Shown: positions 13,290 through 25,789 of the stretch, one piece after another
Layout: every line of letters begins with the position of its first letter
How positions within the stretch are numbered: the stretch's first letter is position 1
Source: Takakia lepidozioides
Taxonomy: Eukaryota; Plantae; Bryophyta
DNA length: 64,000 bases
Assembly (NCBI GenBank): GCA_030704615.1
Contig: CM060734.1
Span: forward strand, 6,634,001 to 6,698,000
Direction of reading: 5' to 3'
The notes under the pieces: generated by a model
What the model was told of the DNA's origin: nothing
What the model saw: only the letters and a program-made list of their open reading frames with translations
Database searches by the model: none
Program-made: the position numbers and the translations under genes

Positions 13290-13812
13290 AATTTGAAATG
13301 CGGCGCCGCATTTCCATATTGGACCTTGAACTGTCCAAGCATGTCCAGTCGCTAATGCTTGTCCATGTCCATACTTGAAATGCGGCACCGCATTTCCATG
13401 TCCGTCATCAAAATTTCGTACCGGACAATGAAATGCGGCACAACATTTCCGGAGAGCACAATGGAATGCGGTGCCGCATTTCCGTCGAAGGGTCTGGAAT
13501 TGGACAAACAACAATGGAAGTTCTGGAAATGCGGCACCGCATTTCCATGTCTGTCATCAAAATATCGAATCGGACAATGGAATGCGGTGCCGCATTTCCG
13601 TCAAAGGGTCTGGAATTGGGCAAACAACAATGTCCGTTTTGGAAATGCGGCGCCGCATTTCCATGTACGTCATCGAAATTTCTTATTGGACAATGGAATG
13701 CGGTGCCGCATTCCCGTCTAGCATCATGGAATGGGGAGCCCAAGAACGTCGATGGGTCTGCAGTTGGAAAAATGTCCATCTCCAAAAGGTAAATGCGGCA
13801 CCGCATTTCCAT
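13290..13812. repeat. B-type palindrome array downstream of the B cargo gene
   Basis: About nine copies of (G)GAAATGCGG(C/T)(G/A)CCGCATTTCC. Confidence 0.9.
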
Positions 13813-13953
13813 GTTCGACCTCCGCCTTTCGATTTACATCCATGGAAGGAGCTGACAATCGGCAAAACTGCCGTGTCGAAAACGGAAATGTGGCACCTGT
13901 TCGGTGTTCGGATAAGGAAACTCTTTCCTTATCCTTCTGTCCTCCCTAGCCCT

Positions 13954-16900
13954 CTACAAAATCTGCTCTACTTTACTGGGATTCTCACATCGTCTAATCG
14001 CTGTATTTGCGAGTTTAGCTGCATAACTAGGAAGGGAGTAGTCCTTCACCAGGCTCGTCATGAAGTCGGCCCTCGCAAAGAACGGGACATTCTTCCGGGC
14101 AGGAAGTGTAGGCCCTACATGTTTCGACCCGGATCCTGGAATCCTGCACATAACAATCACCAACGAGACCAATGAGAACCACAGTCCGGAAATGCGTTTG
14201 ACAAAAAATCACCCAGAAGGCTTTGCAAACTTACAATGCTTGCACTCACTCGTATTGCCGGTTCTCTTTGGCATCAATGTCCACTGTCTCTTCCTCTGAC
14301 TCCGACGAATCCGAGGAGTCCTTGGCTTCGATGGGAGCCTTCACATTCCGTTGCAGCCCTTCCAGATGGGATCCCCAGACGGATGTGTCCTTCTCGTAGG
14401 CAAAGAGGTGCCGGTCGGAAAACCGCCCAGCCCACATTGAGGCACCTGTTACAATGCCATCCACACATTATGACATGGCCCTTCAGATGTTGCGAATGAA
14501 AGCATAACGAGAGTTTGCAGAATAGCATACAACAAGATTCTACATACCTGTCCCACAGATGAGGTCGAGCACTGTGCCCTCCACGTCAGTGCATGTCTCC
14601 ATAATTGTCTGAATGAAGGCAGGGCTCCGAGTGCGTGAATACCGCAGGGGTTCAGTTGAAGTGAGGCTATGAGGGAGAAGTTCCGTGGGAACGTTGTTGA
14701 ATAGGACGTCGTAATCGATGAGGTCGCAGTTCGGGTCAACCAACAATCCCTCCTTCCGGAAAGCAAAGGTCGAGTTCTCCTTCACAAAGCAGTATGCATC
14801 GAATTGCTTCGTCTGCATACACAGTGGGGAACGATTAGAAATCGAATGCGGCACCGCATTTCAAAACTCCTAAGAAAATGAAAGGACGAGTGCCAAGATC
14901 GTAATTACCTTCTTCCCTTCCGACTAAAGGCCCAATGTGTTGATGCACGTCCACTTCTTCTTCAGAATTGGGACGGCGCTCTTGCGGGTCCACTTCGCAA
15001 TTCCTGTCTGCGTGTTTTTGCCTCTGCTCGCCAGGACAACCACACAGCCTCTGTCGTCCAACACCATGCGGGCGAGCCCGAATCCTTTCTTCCAAAAGTC
15101 CTCGGAGTACCTGTTCCAAGATGGCAAAGCTTGCAGTCCTTCCACAGGCTCTCCGTCCGGAATATCCAAGATGATCATATCGCAAGACCACTCGGTGGCA
15201 TTTCCGCCCCTCCTGCAATCCTTGTCTGCACACACCCTCTCAAAGAACGAGACCATCTTCAGAAACCCAGGGGTGTCGGAAGGCTCTTCGGCAGCCGCCT
15301 TCTTCAGTGCTATGCCCTTCAGACCCTCCATGGTCTTCATGTATGCCAACTTGGCTGCCCGTCCATCCAAAGCCGCCAAGAAACTCTCATTCACACACTG
15401 GACTACTGTATCGGGATCCACTTTTGGCCTCTTCATTTCCACCGGCTCGAAAGGGTGCCCCCCCCGGGGGTTGAAGAGTGCCTTCTTTGCCGAGCCAGTT
15501 CTCGTCCCTCTCGTGACAACCGTGGGCACAGGGGATTTCGGCTGCGTCTCGGGGGGTGGGCTGGTTGCAAAGTCTCCATCGGAGTCCTCTTCCTCACCCT
15601 CTACCTGCACTATCTGTTTCTGCTTCTTCGTTTTCTTGGGTGTCACAACTGCTGCTCCTTGCTGGCGAGTCCGCTTCTTGGACCCCTTCTGTTGAGCCTG
15701 CATAGCTGCATCCACCGTCTTCTGTGCCATCTCAGTTGCCTTTCTGGATTGTTCCAAAGCAGCAGCTTCCTTTGCCGACTCTGGCCGAGCATGGACACGT
15801 CTTTCCTTTCTCTTCTCTTCTGCTTTCACGTGCAGATCTTTCTCAGACTCGTCAACAATTCCGCTAGACATGTCCAGGTACCACGAGCATCCAACCAGAT
15901 GCGCGGCATGCCATTGTTTCTGCATCTCGGGTGTGTAGATATAGCTTGGGCCCGCCACGGTCCAAGCCATGAAGAACGGGGGCTCTTGAGCCAGGGCCCC
16001 TATCTGAAGAAGCACGTATTTCATATACCTGCAGGGCAGTCAGCATGCGTGAGCAAAAGTTGAGACCAACGTACTCGCAGAGTGCAACCGAAAACATAAA
16101 ATGCGAATGCGGTGCCGCATTTCCCAGACAAACCTCATTACTAGGCTTTGCATACAAGGACAGGCTTCACCTGTAAACAATTCGCATTGCAGCTTTTCCC
16201 GCTCCCTCCTGATGTGTAAACTCCACGCTCCTTCTTGCTGTCTGCAGCTCCCTGGCGAAGAGGTTGTCCTTGTAAGCACATCTGAAACGTGTCACGTAGT
16301 CTTCCAATGTCTGTATTCCATCCCAAACGAATTTGTATGCATTACGACTTGCTCCTTCGCATTCGTCATTACCTGCGATTCCCACATGCATTGTCACGTA
16401 GCAGTTCAGGGAATTCATTTCAGAAAAGCAAATATGGGGAAGTACCTTGAATTACCTGGAACCACCAAGTCATGCGGTTGAGCCACACATCCACTGCAGG
16501 GTCGGAAACTTGGAGTGGAAAAGACCACATTGTCCTTATACTCTCCGATGCATTCCAGATCGACAGCCACCGTGTCTGCCATTTCCGATCCAATGTCAGG
16601 AGCAGGAAGAAGAGTGGCTATTGCTAGGAAGGAACTTCAGTGAATTGAAACATCACCTTCTCTTTCGCTTCAACACATGCCATTGAGAGGTGATGCAGTT
16701 TCTCCAACTGCATGGTCGGCTGCATGGCCCGAGAATAGTGTTTTGCAATCTCGGGGATGAAGTCCTTTCCAAGTGCCGGATCTGCAATGGCCACTAGCTT
16801 CACAAGCTTTGACTTGTATTTCGTTCTGGACTTGACCCCGGCTTCCTTCAAGTGCTCAGTCAATGACTGCAACGTTTTGACCTGCCCCTCACTTTCCATG

Positions 16901-18859
16901 AAGAAGCGTTTGGCATGGGCCAAATCCAGCTTGATGTTTGACTGCCAACAAAAACATTACATTCGATTCATGTGGAAAGATTACCGGAAATTGGGGAAGG
17001 ATGAGCAGAGGGAAATGGGAGGACGACTTACTTCGTATATCACCTCCACCATTCCATCCATAGTGAGACGATACCATGTCCGGTCAGTTTTTGCCACGGC
17101 TTTCTGAATGAGCTCGGGCTCCAGCATTTCCGCGAACATGTGCGGATCAGTGAGACCAGTTTTCCTCACCCTGTACAGCATATGTGCCATGTGGGTATGC
17201 ACGTACGCATTTTCAGTGACCCTGCAAGGCACACTCTCCAGTTCAGTCCACAAAAGCACGGAAACAAAACAGATTGGAAACCGAAATGCGGCACCGCATT
17301 TCGAACGTGCTTGGGAGGGTATGAGTATCTTACGAGTTGAGGTCCGCCATGGCATTCTTGAGCAGGGAGGAGTCTGCCGCCTTCACCTTGAGGATGACAC
17401 ACTCCACCATGTAATGCCAGCCAATGTGCTTGGCATGGTTCTGCTTGATGTACTCCCACCAGGCGAGAAGTCGGTGATTCCCGTCCCACACAAAGAACAT
17501 TTTACCCGACATATGGCCGAAGTCGGGATCACCCTTCAGTGTTGCCTCGAATTCGTCATTGCGAGTGTGCCAGTGGGTATCCCATGTTGACAATTCCTCC
17601 GCAGTGGGTCCACGAGATTCGCCGTCCTCATTCTCAAGGGAAACGTAGAAGGCTGGCGAACCTAGACGGTACCCTTCTCGAAATGCGAACTTGAGCTTAT
17701 CCACATCTCTGGGAAGTGCCTGCCTGACGATGGGAAGGGAGACCATGCGACAAAGTGGGATTCAAAGAGTCCGCTGGAATACCCTGCTGCCCAGAACTCT
17801 GCCAATGCTACTATGTGTATCCTCCAACATTGTATCCGCTGCACTTTGGAATTCCTCCGGAGACATTTCTGCTGGTGGCGGCAGGGGCTGAGTAGCTTGA
17901 GCATCCCCAACTGGAGCTGCACTCTGGGGAATCTTTGCGGACAATTCTGCAATCGCAGAGGCCTCCTCCGGGCCTTCAGTGGTCAGGTCTTCCTCAACTG
18001 TGGTCAGGTCTTGCTGAGAACGTTGAGAGGCAGCACCCTCCTCCGGTACCAGATCGACGGTCGATCCCATTGCCTTCGCTGCAGCAGAGACGCCCCTAAC
18101 ATCAGCAGGCTGGAAATCAAGCAGGAACTGGGCTTCAGCTCATGGAATCGGTTTAGCGGGAGACTGCTCCGCCCTCCCCCTGATTGCCTTGTGCTTCCTC
18201 ATTCTTGCAGGTGAAGGTGTGTGCTGCAATTGAATCTGCTTCATTTGCCTGGGTGGGGGGGAAACGGCCTGGTCCGGTTCAGAAACAAGTTGAAGGACGG
18301 GCTGCTTCTTCTTCGTCTTTGCTGGAGAAGAGCTAGACCCCTGCTGGCGATTCTCCATGACCTTTGAAGGAGAGTCGCTCTCTGGGGCTTTGAACTGCAA
18401 AGACTTGCCCTTGGAAGCCGCGTCCTTGAAATGCACAGGGCTAGGACCGGCAGGAAGACCCGTGCTCGTGGATCGGCTGGGTGTGCGTGCTGCAGCTAGC
18501 TCCACGGACTCTGCCTACGGCTCTTCAGATTCCTGCGATCCCTCCAGCACGTCCACCTTTCCGGTTAGGCATGCAAACATCTTCTGCAGTCAAGTCTCCT
18601 AGCATACAGTCTAAGAATTGTAGAAAAAAAATGAGGCGGGTTTCGGTGCTCGATCAGCTGGCGAATCCCGATAGCACGGAGCTCTCATTGGTGGCTGGGT
18701 TGCCTGCGTGGCCTAATGCTGCGAGATGGCAATCTCCTCCTGTAGACGCATCTGCTTCCACCCCTTCGTCATTGGCCTACGTCCGAAATACAATTTTTGA
18801 AGCTTGCGACGATGTCTCTTCTCTGGTGCACGTACTCCCTCCCTCTCAGGTTCGAGCAT
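13954..18859 (-). pseudogene. Element B cargo gene: ParB/Srx-like domain plus beta-class N4C/N6A methyltransferase-like domain, multi-exon, with frameshifts
   Basis: 17330-17746: GYRLGSPAFYVSL..MFFVWDGNHRLLAW..VECVIL (ParB/Srx-type DGxHR). 14924-16024: CDMIILDIPDG, RMVLDDRGCVVVL. 14540-14854: YSRTRSPAFIQ..VLDLICGTG. 14246-14464: ASMWAGRFSDRHLFAYEKD. Introns at ~17223-17331, ~16029-16170, ~14815-14908 and ~14446-14546. Both ends approximate. Confidence 0.75.
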
Positions 18860-19202
18860 AAGAAGAACAGAGACAGGGAAAAGGGGCGAAGAGTGCAGAT
18901 GGAAAGGGCGCGAGAGGGGTGACTGAGGAGACACGACAAAAGAAGATGAAACGGCGGTGATGCACCACTTGGGTTCGAAAGGGTTGGACGAAGTGTCTCC
19001 TCGTGGACTTTGCGTCATTACGAAATTTGAATCGTTCAGGGTACGCCTGCCGTCCGAAAAACAAACATCATTATCCAACGGTCAGGCCGCGCCGCCTCAT
19101 GCCACTTCAGTTTGATAGAGTGCAGACATGTGCCGCAATTCCGTTGCTCCACGTGTTCACATTTCAAGGCATTTCCGTCCCAACGTCTCATGAGTTGGAG
19201 TG

Positions 19203-20930
19203 AAAATGCGAATGCGGCGCCGCATTTCCGTTAAGTACCATCACGAAGCTACACATCCGTACTTGTTAGAAGAAAATGCGGCACCGCATTTCCGTTCCAC
19301 CTTCACATACCTTAGTTGTTGAACGGAAATACGGTGCCGCATTTCCGTCCCACAGCTCCATGTATGAGATACAAAAGGGAAATGCGGCGCCGCATTTCCG
19401 TTCTGGAATGTCGAAAGGTGCGATTCGGACGGAAATGCGGCACAACATTTCAGTTCCCGTGGTTCATGATTTTCAATCTGAACGGAAATGCGGTACCGCA
19501 TTTCCGTTCCCCCTTCACATACCTTAGTTGTTGAACGGAAATAGGGTGCCGCATTTCCGTCCCACAGCACCATGTGTGAGATACAAAAGGGAAATGCGGC
19601 GCCGCATTTCCGTTCTGGATGTCGAAAGGTGCGATTCGGACGGAAATGCGGCACAACATTTCAGTTCCCGTGGTTCATGATTTTCAATCTGAACGGAAAT
19701 GCGGTACCGCATTTCCGTTCCCCCTTCACATACCTTAGTTGATGAACGGAAATGCCGTGCCACATTTCCGTTCGGGAAAGTATAGAGGTTTGAAGGTCTC
19801 ACATGGATGGAAATGCGGCACCACATTTCCGTCCCACAGCTCCAGGCCTCATATACAAAACGGAAATGCGGCGCCGCATTTCCGTTCTAGAATGTCGGAA
19901 GGTGCGACTCGGACGGAAATGCGGTGCCGCATTTCTGTTCCCGTTGTTCCATGATTTTCAGTCAGAACGGAAATGCGGTAGCGCATTTCCGTTCTGTAGA
20001 GTATTAAGGTCTGACCCTGGCGGAAATGCGGCGCCGCATTTCCGTTTTGGAATGTCGGAAGGTGCGACTCCGACGGAAATGCGGTACCGCATTTCCGTTC
20101 CGATGTTTCACGATTTTTCATCAGAACGGAAATGCGGTGCCGCATTTCCGTTCTGGAATGTCGGGAGGTGCGACTCGGATGGAAATGCGCTGCCGCATTT
20201 CAGTTCCGATGGTTCACGATTTTCAGTCAGAACGGAAATGTGGTACCGCATTTCCGTTCTGGATAGTATGAATGTCTCAAGCGGTCGGAACTGCACTCGG
20301 CTCCTTGCATCAGATACAAAACGGAAATGCGGCGCCGCATTTCCGTTCTGGAATGTCGGAAAGTGCGACTCGGACGGAAATGCGGTGCCGCATTTCTGTT
20401 CCCGTTGTTCATAATTCTCAATCAGAACGGAAATGCGGTACCGCATTTCCGTTCCACCTTCATTTACTGTGCTTGCTGGATGGAAATGCGTTACCGCATT
20501 TCCGTTCTGGAAAGTATGAATGTCTTGTGAGGACGGAAATGCGGTGCAGCATTTCTATCCCTCAGCTCCCTGCGTCAGATATAAAACGGAAATGCGGCGC
20601 CGTATTTCTGTTCTGGTATGTCGGAAGGTGCGACTGCGACGGAAATGCGTTGCCGCATTTCTGTTCCCGTTGTTCATAATTCTCAATCAGAACGGAAATG
20701 CGGTACCACATTTCCGTTTCACCTTCACATACCGTGCTTGCTGGATGGAAATGCGTTACCGCATTTCCGTTCTGGAGAGTATAAAGGTTTCCCCCGGACA
20801 GAAACTTGGTGCCGCATTTCTGTCGCTCTGGTGCATGACCAAGATGCAATACGGAAATGCGGCGCCGTATTTCCGTCCAACAGCAATCGAAAGAATCACT
20901 CCGGACGGAAATCTGGAACCTCATTTCCAC
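19203..20930. repeat. B-type palindrome array between the divergent cargo and transposase genes; ~30 copies at ~53-bp period with ~212-bp higher-order units
   Basis: GGAAAT starts at 19862, 19915, 19969, 20022, 20075, 20128, 20181 and 20234. The best copy extends to the 28-bp palindrome AACGGAAATGCGGCGCCGCATTTCCGTT. Confidence 0.95.
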
Positions 20931-21310
20931 ATGCTGAACCTGAATGGGTTGCATTGTTCCGAAACAACACAATTGCGGCCAGTCTTGATGAGCACAACTT
21001 GGTTGTCTGACCGTTTTAACTAACAGTACTGGCACTTGTCAGTACGAACGTTCCTGTCTGCACCGAGAATACTGCTGGATCCACCCTCAAGAGAAACTGT
21101 CAGGAGATGTTATTTCGTCGCCGAATCGGCCATCATTGTCATACTTACTGGCTATGGAATCACACCTCCCACCTTCATGCATGTAGCTTGAAACAATACT
21201 TTCCACTTCAATGTGGGACTTCCAATTGTCAATGGACTCCGCATGGTGCCTGTGAGCCTTGGTCTGTCGCTATACTGAACCTCGCACTTGCCAACTTCGT
21301 GCGGTGTTCG

Positions 21311-24300
21311 ATGGCTCCGAATTCCTACGCGTTAGTTTGCTGTCCTCCGCAACTTGGGAGAGCCTGGATCCCAAATGAGGGAGGACTTTGCAGAGTGACT
21401 AAAACTTACCTTTGTTCCAAATTCAAGCTCAAACCGGGCACAATTTATTTGGAAGAAGAAAGGAAGGATGTTCCTGGACAGGTTGACGAGACCATTGTCG
21501 TGCTAGGTAACGACGGAGGTTGCGGAATTGAATGGCACGTACCCCCATCAGACACTATCCTGTATCGAGCTGTGGGAATGCCCATTCCCTTTCCGAATCA
21601 GTCGCTGCCCACACCATCCACAAAGGAGTCCGGAAACCGACAGGCGGCCACTGCCATTAGAGAGGTATGCAACGATAATCATTCCCGACCTGGACCGTCA
21701 AGACCCTCCATAGCTTCTCGTGTGGACGTATTCGACATTTCCGACGATGAAGATGAGTGCATTGAGGTCCCCATGTCCTCCACACGGTCGTTCAAATCCG
21801 AGATGGACGTCTCTGCAGGTGCTACGCATGTACCCTCGAGCATAACTCCAACCCGGTCCATTGTGCAGCTCCTACGGCAACATCACCTCGATGGTTCTCG
21901 CTCCGAGCTGGCTGCTCTCGACTATGCCAAATTTCCGGTCAGGAAGGTAACGTATCTGCCTCCCGAAGTCGATGGCAATGTCATCTTCGAGTTTCCACCT
22001 GTTACTTCTCAAACAAAGCCTCAGGGATGTTAACAGACATGGATCGAAAGCATGACGGACACCCCTGGTGTGTGACGAAGACCAGTAGCACAAAAATTGC
22101 TGATGGTGTTCGTGTACGATACGTCCTCTGTGCGGGGAAGCTGAGGTGCCTCAATCCCGCCTGCTTCCACTTTCTTTCCAAAGGAGGGCGGAGAAACGAG
22201 ATGGATTGGACTGGCACAACGCATCATCCATTCATTGTCTCCAGCCAAGCTCCTGCGGGTACTTTCAAGTGCGCTCATTGCAAAGAACCATCGACGTGCA
22301 TGTCCATGTGCAGAGCCAAGCAATATTACGTTATCCATTTGCTCCCGGACTTGACTAGAGCTTGCATACACGTTGGGGTCCACTGCCACCCCTTGGCGAG
22401 AGGCAACATGCGTGAGGCTGTGCAGGAAGCACACGACATCATAAAAGAGGAGGTGAAATTGAGCCCCAGAGCCAGGCCAAAGCAGATTCAGCTGAAGGCA
22501 GCCCACAAGATTGCTCTTGGCAAAATCATGTCTGAAGATGGTTCAGACCGAGTGCCCTTGAATGAAGAGGAGATGCTTGACCTGTTGGAGTCCGTCTCGC
22601 ACGTTTGTAGTCCAAATGTGCGGAATCACATCGTATCTTGCAAGCAGGAGTTCGGCCGGGGGTCGGACATGCACTCAATCCTGGAGGTGAAATGAATGAC
22701 TGGATATGACTACATCCAAGGTAGCAGGTTTCCAGGGCAAGGCAGCGAATCCGATCGTTGTTACATTTTTAAAATGTCGACGTGTGGGCCTGGGAGTGGG
22801 AGTCGACTTGGTCACTCGCATGACAACTGGAAACTTGTCGAATGTTTGGGTGATGTTTGATCACATCAAGCGAATTACAAACCATCAGTGGGTGACTATG
22901 GGTGCGCATGTTTATGACTATCACTCCAAGAGGCTCATGACGATTGCAATCTGCGAGATGAAAGGGGAGGACACACAGTCGGAGATGCATATGTGGGAGG
23001 GCATAAACGAGCAGATGGCAAGGGCGGGATTGCCAGAGCCCAATTTCAGGGGATTCATGGCAGACAACACTCAGGCCAACTAGGCAGCGGTGCGGCGTGT
23101 GTACGGTGAGGACCCCAATGTTCCAATGGAGGGGAAAGAGAGATCCTGTGGATTCCATTGGATGCAGAGTTTATCCCACTACACTACCAAATTTGTTGCT
23201 AGCTCATTCCAGGCTGAACACCGTGTCCTTTGTATGGCGTGGAAGGATGCACCACATTTGATGACGCGGAGGTTAAGTTTGCTATCATCGAGGCTTGGTG
23301 GAACACGTCAGGTGTAGTGGAGACAACCAATCTGGGAGCCTTGCACAGCTGGTTGGGGTGGTGGCATTTCCGGTATCGACAGTTCGGACAGTACATGCGG
23401 GAGGTATGATGCTGTCATTTTCGTGCAATTGTCTTTCTATTACGGACCTTTCCATTGGTTCCTCACCATTGTCTGTGTCCTTGTAGGAGTGGTGCTTGGA
23501 TTCCGACACGGACATGCCGAACACGAATATGGCAGAATCAGTGCACTCCTCCTGGCGAGCGTCTTCTGCCGCACATCTGGTGGATGTAGTGACGGCCACA
23601 ACGGAGGACATCGACAGAGCAATCATGCAGCAAGCCACGTACTACAAGTTCCTGAGCGGGAAACAATGGGGCTTTGGGCTGGACAGGGAGGAATTGTTGG
23701 TACGAACAGCTTCGAGGTCGAAGAATCCACTGAAATGGGCGACATCATTGCGAGAGAAGATCAAAGGGACGCCTCTGCACCGCAGAGGTGAGCACCTAGA
23801 GGGGGACGTCCGTACTCGCCCTGTGAGGTGGAGGATTGAAGAGGAACCCGGATGCAAAGAGGATTCCTGGAGATCCGACAGGAACATTCGGACAGCACCT
23901 CGAGGGCCCGTCATGTTGCCGCACAATGTGTCTTCCAGCAGTGGAAGCCCAAGAAATTCCAGATCACCATCGCCTTCAAGCGAGGATTCCGTGCGAGAAA
24001 TTCCCACCGCTCGCTTGCCCCAGATTCCGCCCGCTGATATGCAGTATGGCCAAGCCATTGTGGAGACGACTGTGTCTGCGTCACAGTGGAGAATTGCTCG
24101 CACAAAGCCGTCGTTTCGAGGCAGGTGTTCCGCAATTCGAGTGGATACACGGCAACGTTGTTTAGAGATGATAAGGAGGAATCCAGATGGTGCTGTCCCT
24201 GCTCCTACTTTTACAGGAAGATTTGTCCATGCAAAGTTTGCGGAGGCGACAACCACCCAGTTCTGGTTCTGCAGGCACGACATTATGACTTGCGTGTATG

Positions 24301-24910
24301 GAAAGCCCAAGTACGGCATACAAACAATGCCAGAGGCTCCCCCGGTGTGGCCGGTGGAACTAGGCTGCGATCTAGTCAGGTTGAGGCCGACGCCTTACCG
24401 CCGTAGGATTTTGGATGGTGCAGCGCACTGACGTCCCCAGAACAATTTCCGCTTCCACAGCCTCCACCACCGACCCCTGTGAGAGCAAGAACAATGGGAC
24501 CCGACAGCTCTAAGCATCCTACACCAGTTGGGGGAAACCGAAGAGGCGGTGACCTCCCTCAAAAGTGAATGAGACAAGGATGAGGAATGCACTTCGGATG
24601 AACTGTACAATCCAGAGCTCGACAGAAGTGCCCCCACCAGGCTTCGGGCGTGTGTATCAGATGGCCACGGCAGGCTCAGCTGTTCGCAATGAGGTGTACA
24701 CCATCACCATTTCAGAATTACCCACCTGCAATTGCACCAACTTTCAGATCATGGAAACAAGGGGGCATCATACTGCCTTGCAAGCATCTGTACTACGTGT
24801 ACCTAAAGAGACTCCGTTGTAATTCCACAACTCATCACTTCATACATGCACCAGGGTTGAGCCCCCAAGAGGTGCACACTCTTCTGAATATGGATCCAGG
24901 GGACCAGTGA
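21311..24910 (+). pseudogene. MULE-type transposase of element B (GCM-like zinc domain, DDE core, C-terminal SWIM)
   Basis: DGHPW..CAGKLRCLNPAC..CAHC..HVGVHCHP; WVMFDH (D1), FMADN (D2), CGFH (CxxH), TNMAESVH (E); CNCTNF..CKHLYYV (SWIM). Intron 23404-23486. Several stops and frameshifts. Confidence 0.85.
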
Positions 24911-25635
24911 CCTTGGCTTGCGGTCCCAACACAATGGTACGCCCATCCTTTTCGGATAGTAGAACTGTACTGCTGCAAGTAGCTCTGACTCTGGCAACAG
25001 AAAGGTCCGACTTATGTCTTGCCTACCAGTAACATGTTTTGGCGAACTAAGATAATACTATGTCATTCACTCGTGTTTCCACGTGCATGTATTTTTGTGT
25101 GTTGGAGGGTTCCTGTTTTTCTGCTCTCCCAAACTTTGCTTTCCTCATTCGACCCCGGCAAGGAAATGCGGCGCCGCATTTCCAAGTAACGTCGTAGGTA
25201 CTGGTAGATGTGGCATTCACCAACACCAAACAGCCCAGAAATTTTGCACGTGCGAACCCTAATGCGGCACCGCATTTCCTAATTGACTTGCAAAACTTTC
25301 CCGCCGAATACTGGAAGATGACAGAATTGTGCAGACTCTATTGGTTCAGTCGCGGCAAAAGGGTCAGCTTCATTCCAATGTTAACGCATGTAAAACCGCG
25401 GAATACTCTATACAGGCCAGTATGCGACGTCCTTTTGCCGTGGTATACTGGATTTCTCGTTGCACGGTCACTCATTTCCATAAGCGGATCTAAAAAACCA
25501 TGAGCGGAGTTGTTACTGACGACATATCTTCGCCGCATTACAGGATCTGTAACTTCCAAAAACGGCAAGGTCAAATATAAAAGTATTATTTTAATACTTG
25601 TTTAATCTGCCGCATTTCCAAATTTGGAGGAGTCC

Positions 25636-25738
25636 GCTCATGAAATCCGCGTGTCTTAGACTTCGGCTCACCGCTCATGCGGCTCATGCGGCTCATGGCT
25701 CATGGCTCATGGTTTCTGCTCATGAAATAGTAAACCTC
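25636..25738 (-). repeat. Right terminus of element B with clustered CATGAGC subterminal motifs
   Basis: Repeated GCTCATG, ending CATGAAATAGTAAACCTC. Confidence 0.85.
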
Positions 25739-25789
25739 CTCTAACATCCTGAAATGCAAGGACTTGAAAGGAAGGCATCGCGTATGTAC

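Larger units (their letters stand above)
10764..25738 (+). mobile_element. MULE-like element B (~15 kb), nested in an intron of element A; first ~40 bp of the left end missing
   Basis: Right end (rc) GAGGTTTACTATTTCATGAGC at 25738. 10764-11410 is near-identical to the intact left end at ~57976-58622. Same cargo plus transposase layout as A. Confidence 0.85.

Noticed and set aside
14937-16063. Long plus-strand ORFs 14937-15695 and 15131-16063 (likewise 9148-10374)
   Set aside because: Antisense shadows of the minus-strand cargo exon, which carries the conserved motifs.
7932-18859. Bacterial or phage contamination as the source of the ParB-MTase gene
   Set aside because: The gene has GT-AG introns at conserved positions and lies inside TSD-bounded MULEs interleaved with plant-type LTR elements.
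19203-20930. CRISPR array (palindromic repeat with constant-length spacers)
   Set aside because: The spacers recur in higher-order units rather than being unique, the repeats are degenerate, no cas genes are visible, and the context is a spliced eukaryotic transposon.
13099-21035. ORFs rich in MRRRIS/KCGAAF/GNAAPHF (e.g. 13471-14175, 19803-20414)
   Set aside because: They are translations of the palindromic repeat in all six frames, not genes.
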